5,183 nt of DNA from positions 1 to 5,183 of IMG/VR virus record IMGVR_UViG_2667527959_000003, one strand, 5' to 3'. Below are positions 5,169 to 5,183 of this stretch, piece after piece. The number at the start of each line of letters is the position of its first letter. Position 1 is the stretch's first letter. Position numbers and translations under genes: made by a program. A model generated the notes under the pieces. The model searched no databases. It had not been told where the DNA came from and saw nothing but the letters and a program-made list of their open reading frames with translations. The stretch is from a virus (Duplodnaviria; Heunggongvirae; Uroviricota; Caudoviricetes).

Positions 5169-5183
5169 TTAGTATAAAAAAGC
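5169..5183 (+). other. att core (O) of the lambda attachment site, reverse-complement orientation
   Basis: TTAGTATAAAAAAGC (5169-5183) is the exact reverse complement of the lambda common core GCTTTTTTATACTAA. The window ends at the last core base, so the partner arm is not visible. Confidence 0.85.

Larger units (their letters stand above)
1..5183 (+). mobile_element. Segment of a lambdoid phage/prophage: early-left accessory (ea-like) genes followed by the xis-int-att integration module
   Basis: Gene order and content: Ea22-like genes, small coupled accessory ORFs, then xis overlapping int, a P' arm with arm-type sites and the att core. All genes are co-directional, as in a pL-type leftward operon read here on the + strand. 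Confidence 0.85.

Noticed and set aside
1-5183. CRISPR arrays, tRNA/rRNA genes, insertion-sequence inverted repeats
   Set aside because: I found no regularly spaced direct repeats beyond the three 13-nt linkers (which are coding/SD junctions, not CRISPR repeats), no cloverleaf-like tRNA candidates and no terminal inverted repeats. The lambda-type att core is not associated with a tRNA gene.

Overview
This window reads as the early-left accessory arm of a lambdoid (phage lambda-type) phage or prophage of an enterobacterium, transcribed entirely on the + strand and ending in the site-specific recombination module. Positions 1-3237 hold a tightly packed chain of nine genes (the first cut by the window edge) joined by 4-nt or 8-nt stop/start overlaps, each with a strong AGGAGG Shine-Dalgarno sequence embedded in the last codons of the gene before it. 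Two adjacent genes at the start of the chain are Ea22-like paralogues sharing an N-terminus. Positions 3238-3620 form an AT-rich island with a small ORF between a putative promoter and a terminator hairpin (moron-like), followed by a second small ORF and a strong terminator. Positions 3803-5183 carry a cII-type TTGC-N6-TTGC box (pI-like), xis (72 aa), an overlapping int (356 aa, tyrosine recombinase), the P' arm with three arm-type Int sites and an IHF site, and the 15-bp att core, which sits exactly at the window end. Most accessory proteins have no function I can assign from sequence. I see no rRNA, tRNA or CRISPR array, and no recognisable defence or toxin motif. The most unusual feature is a 13-nt linker, CAGGAGGTGAAGT, repeated exactly at three consecutive gene junctions.
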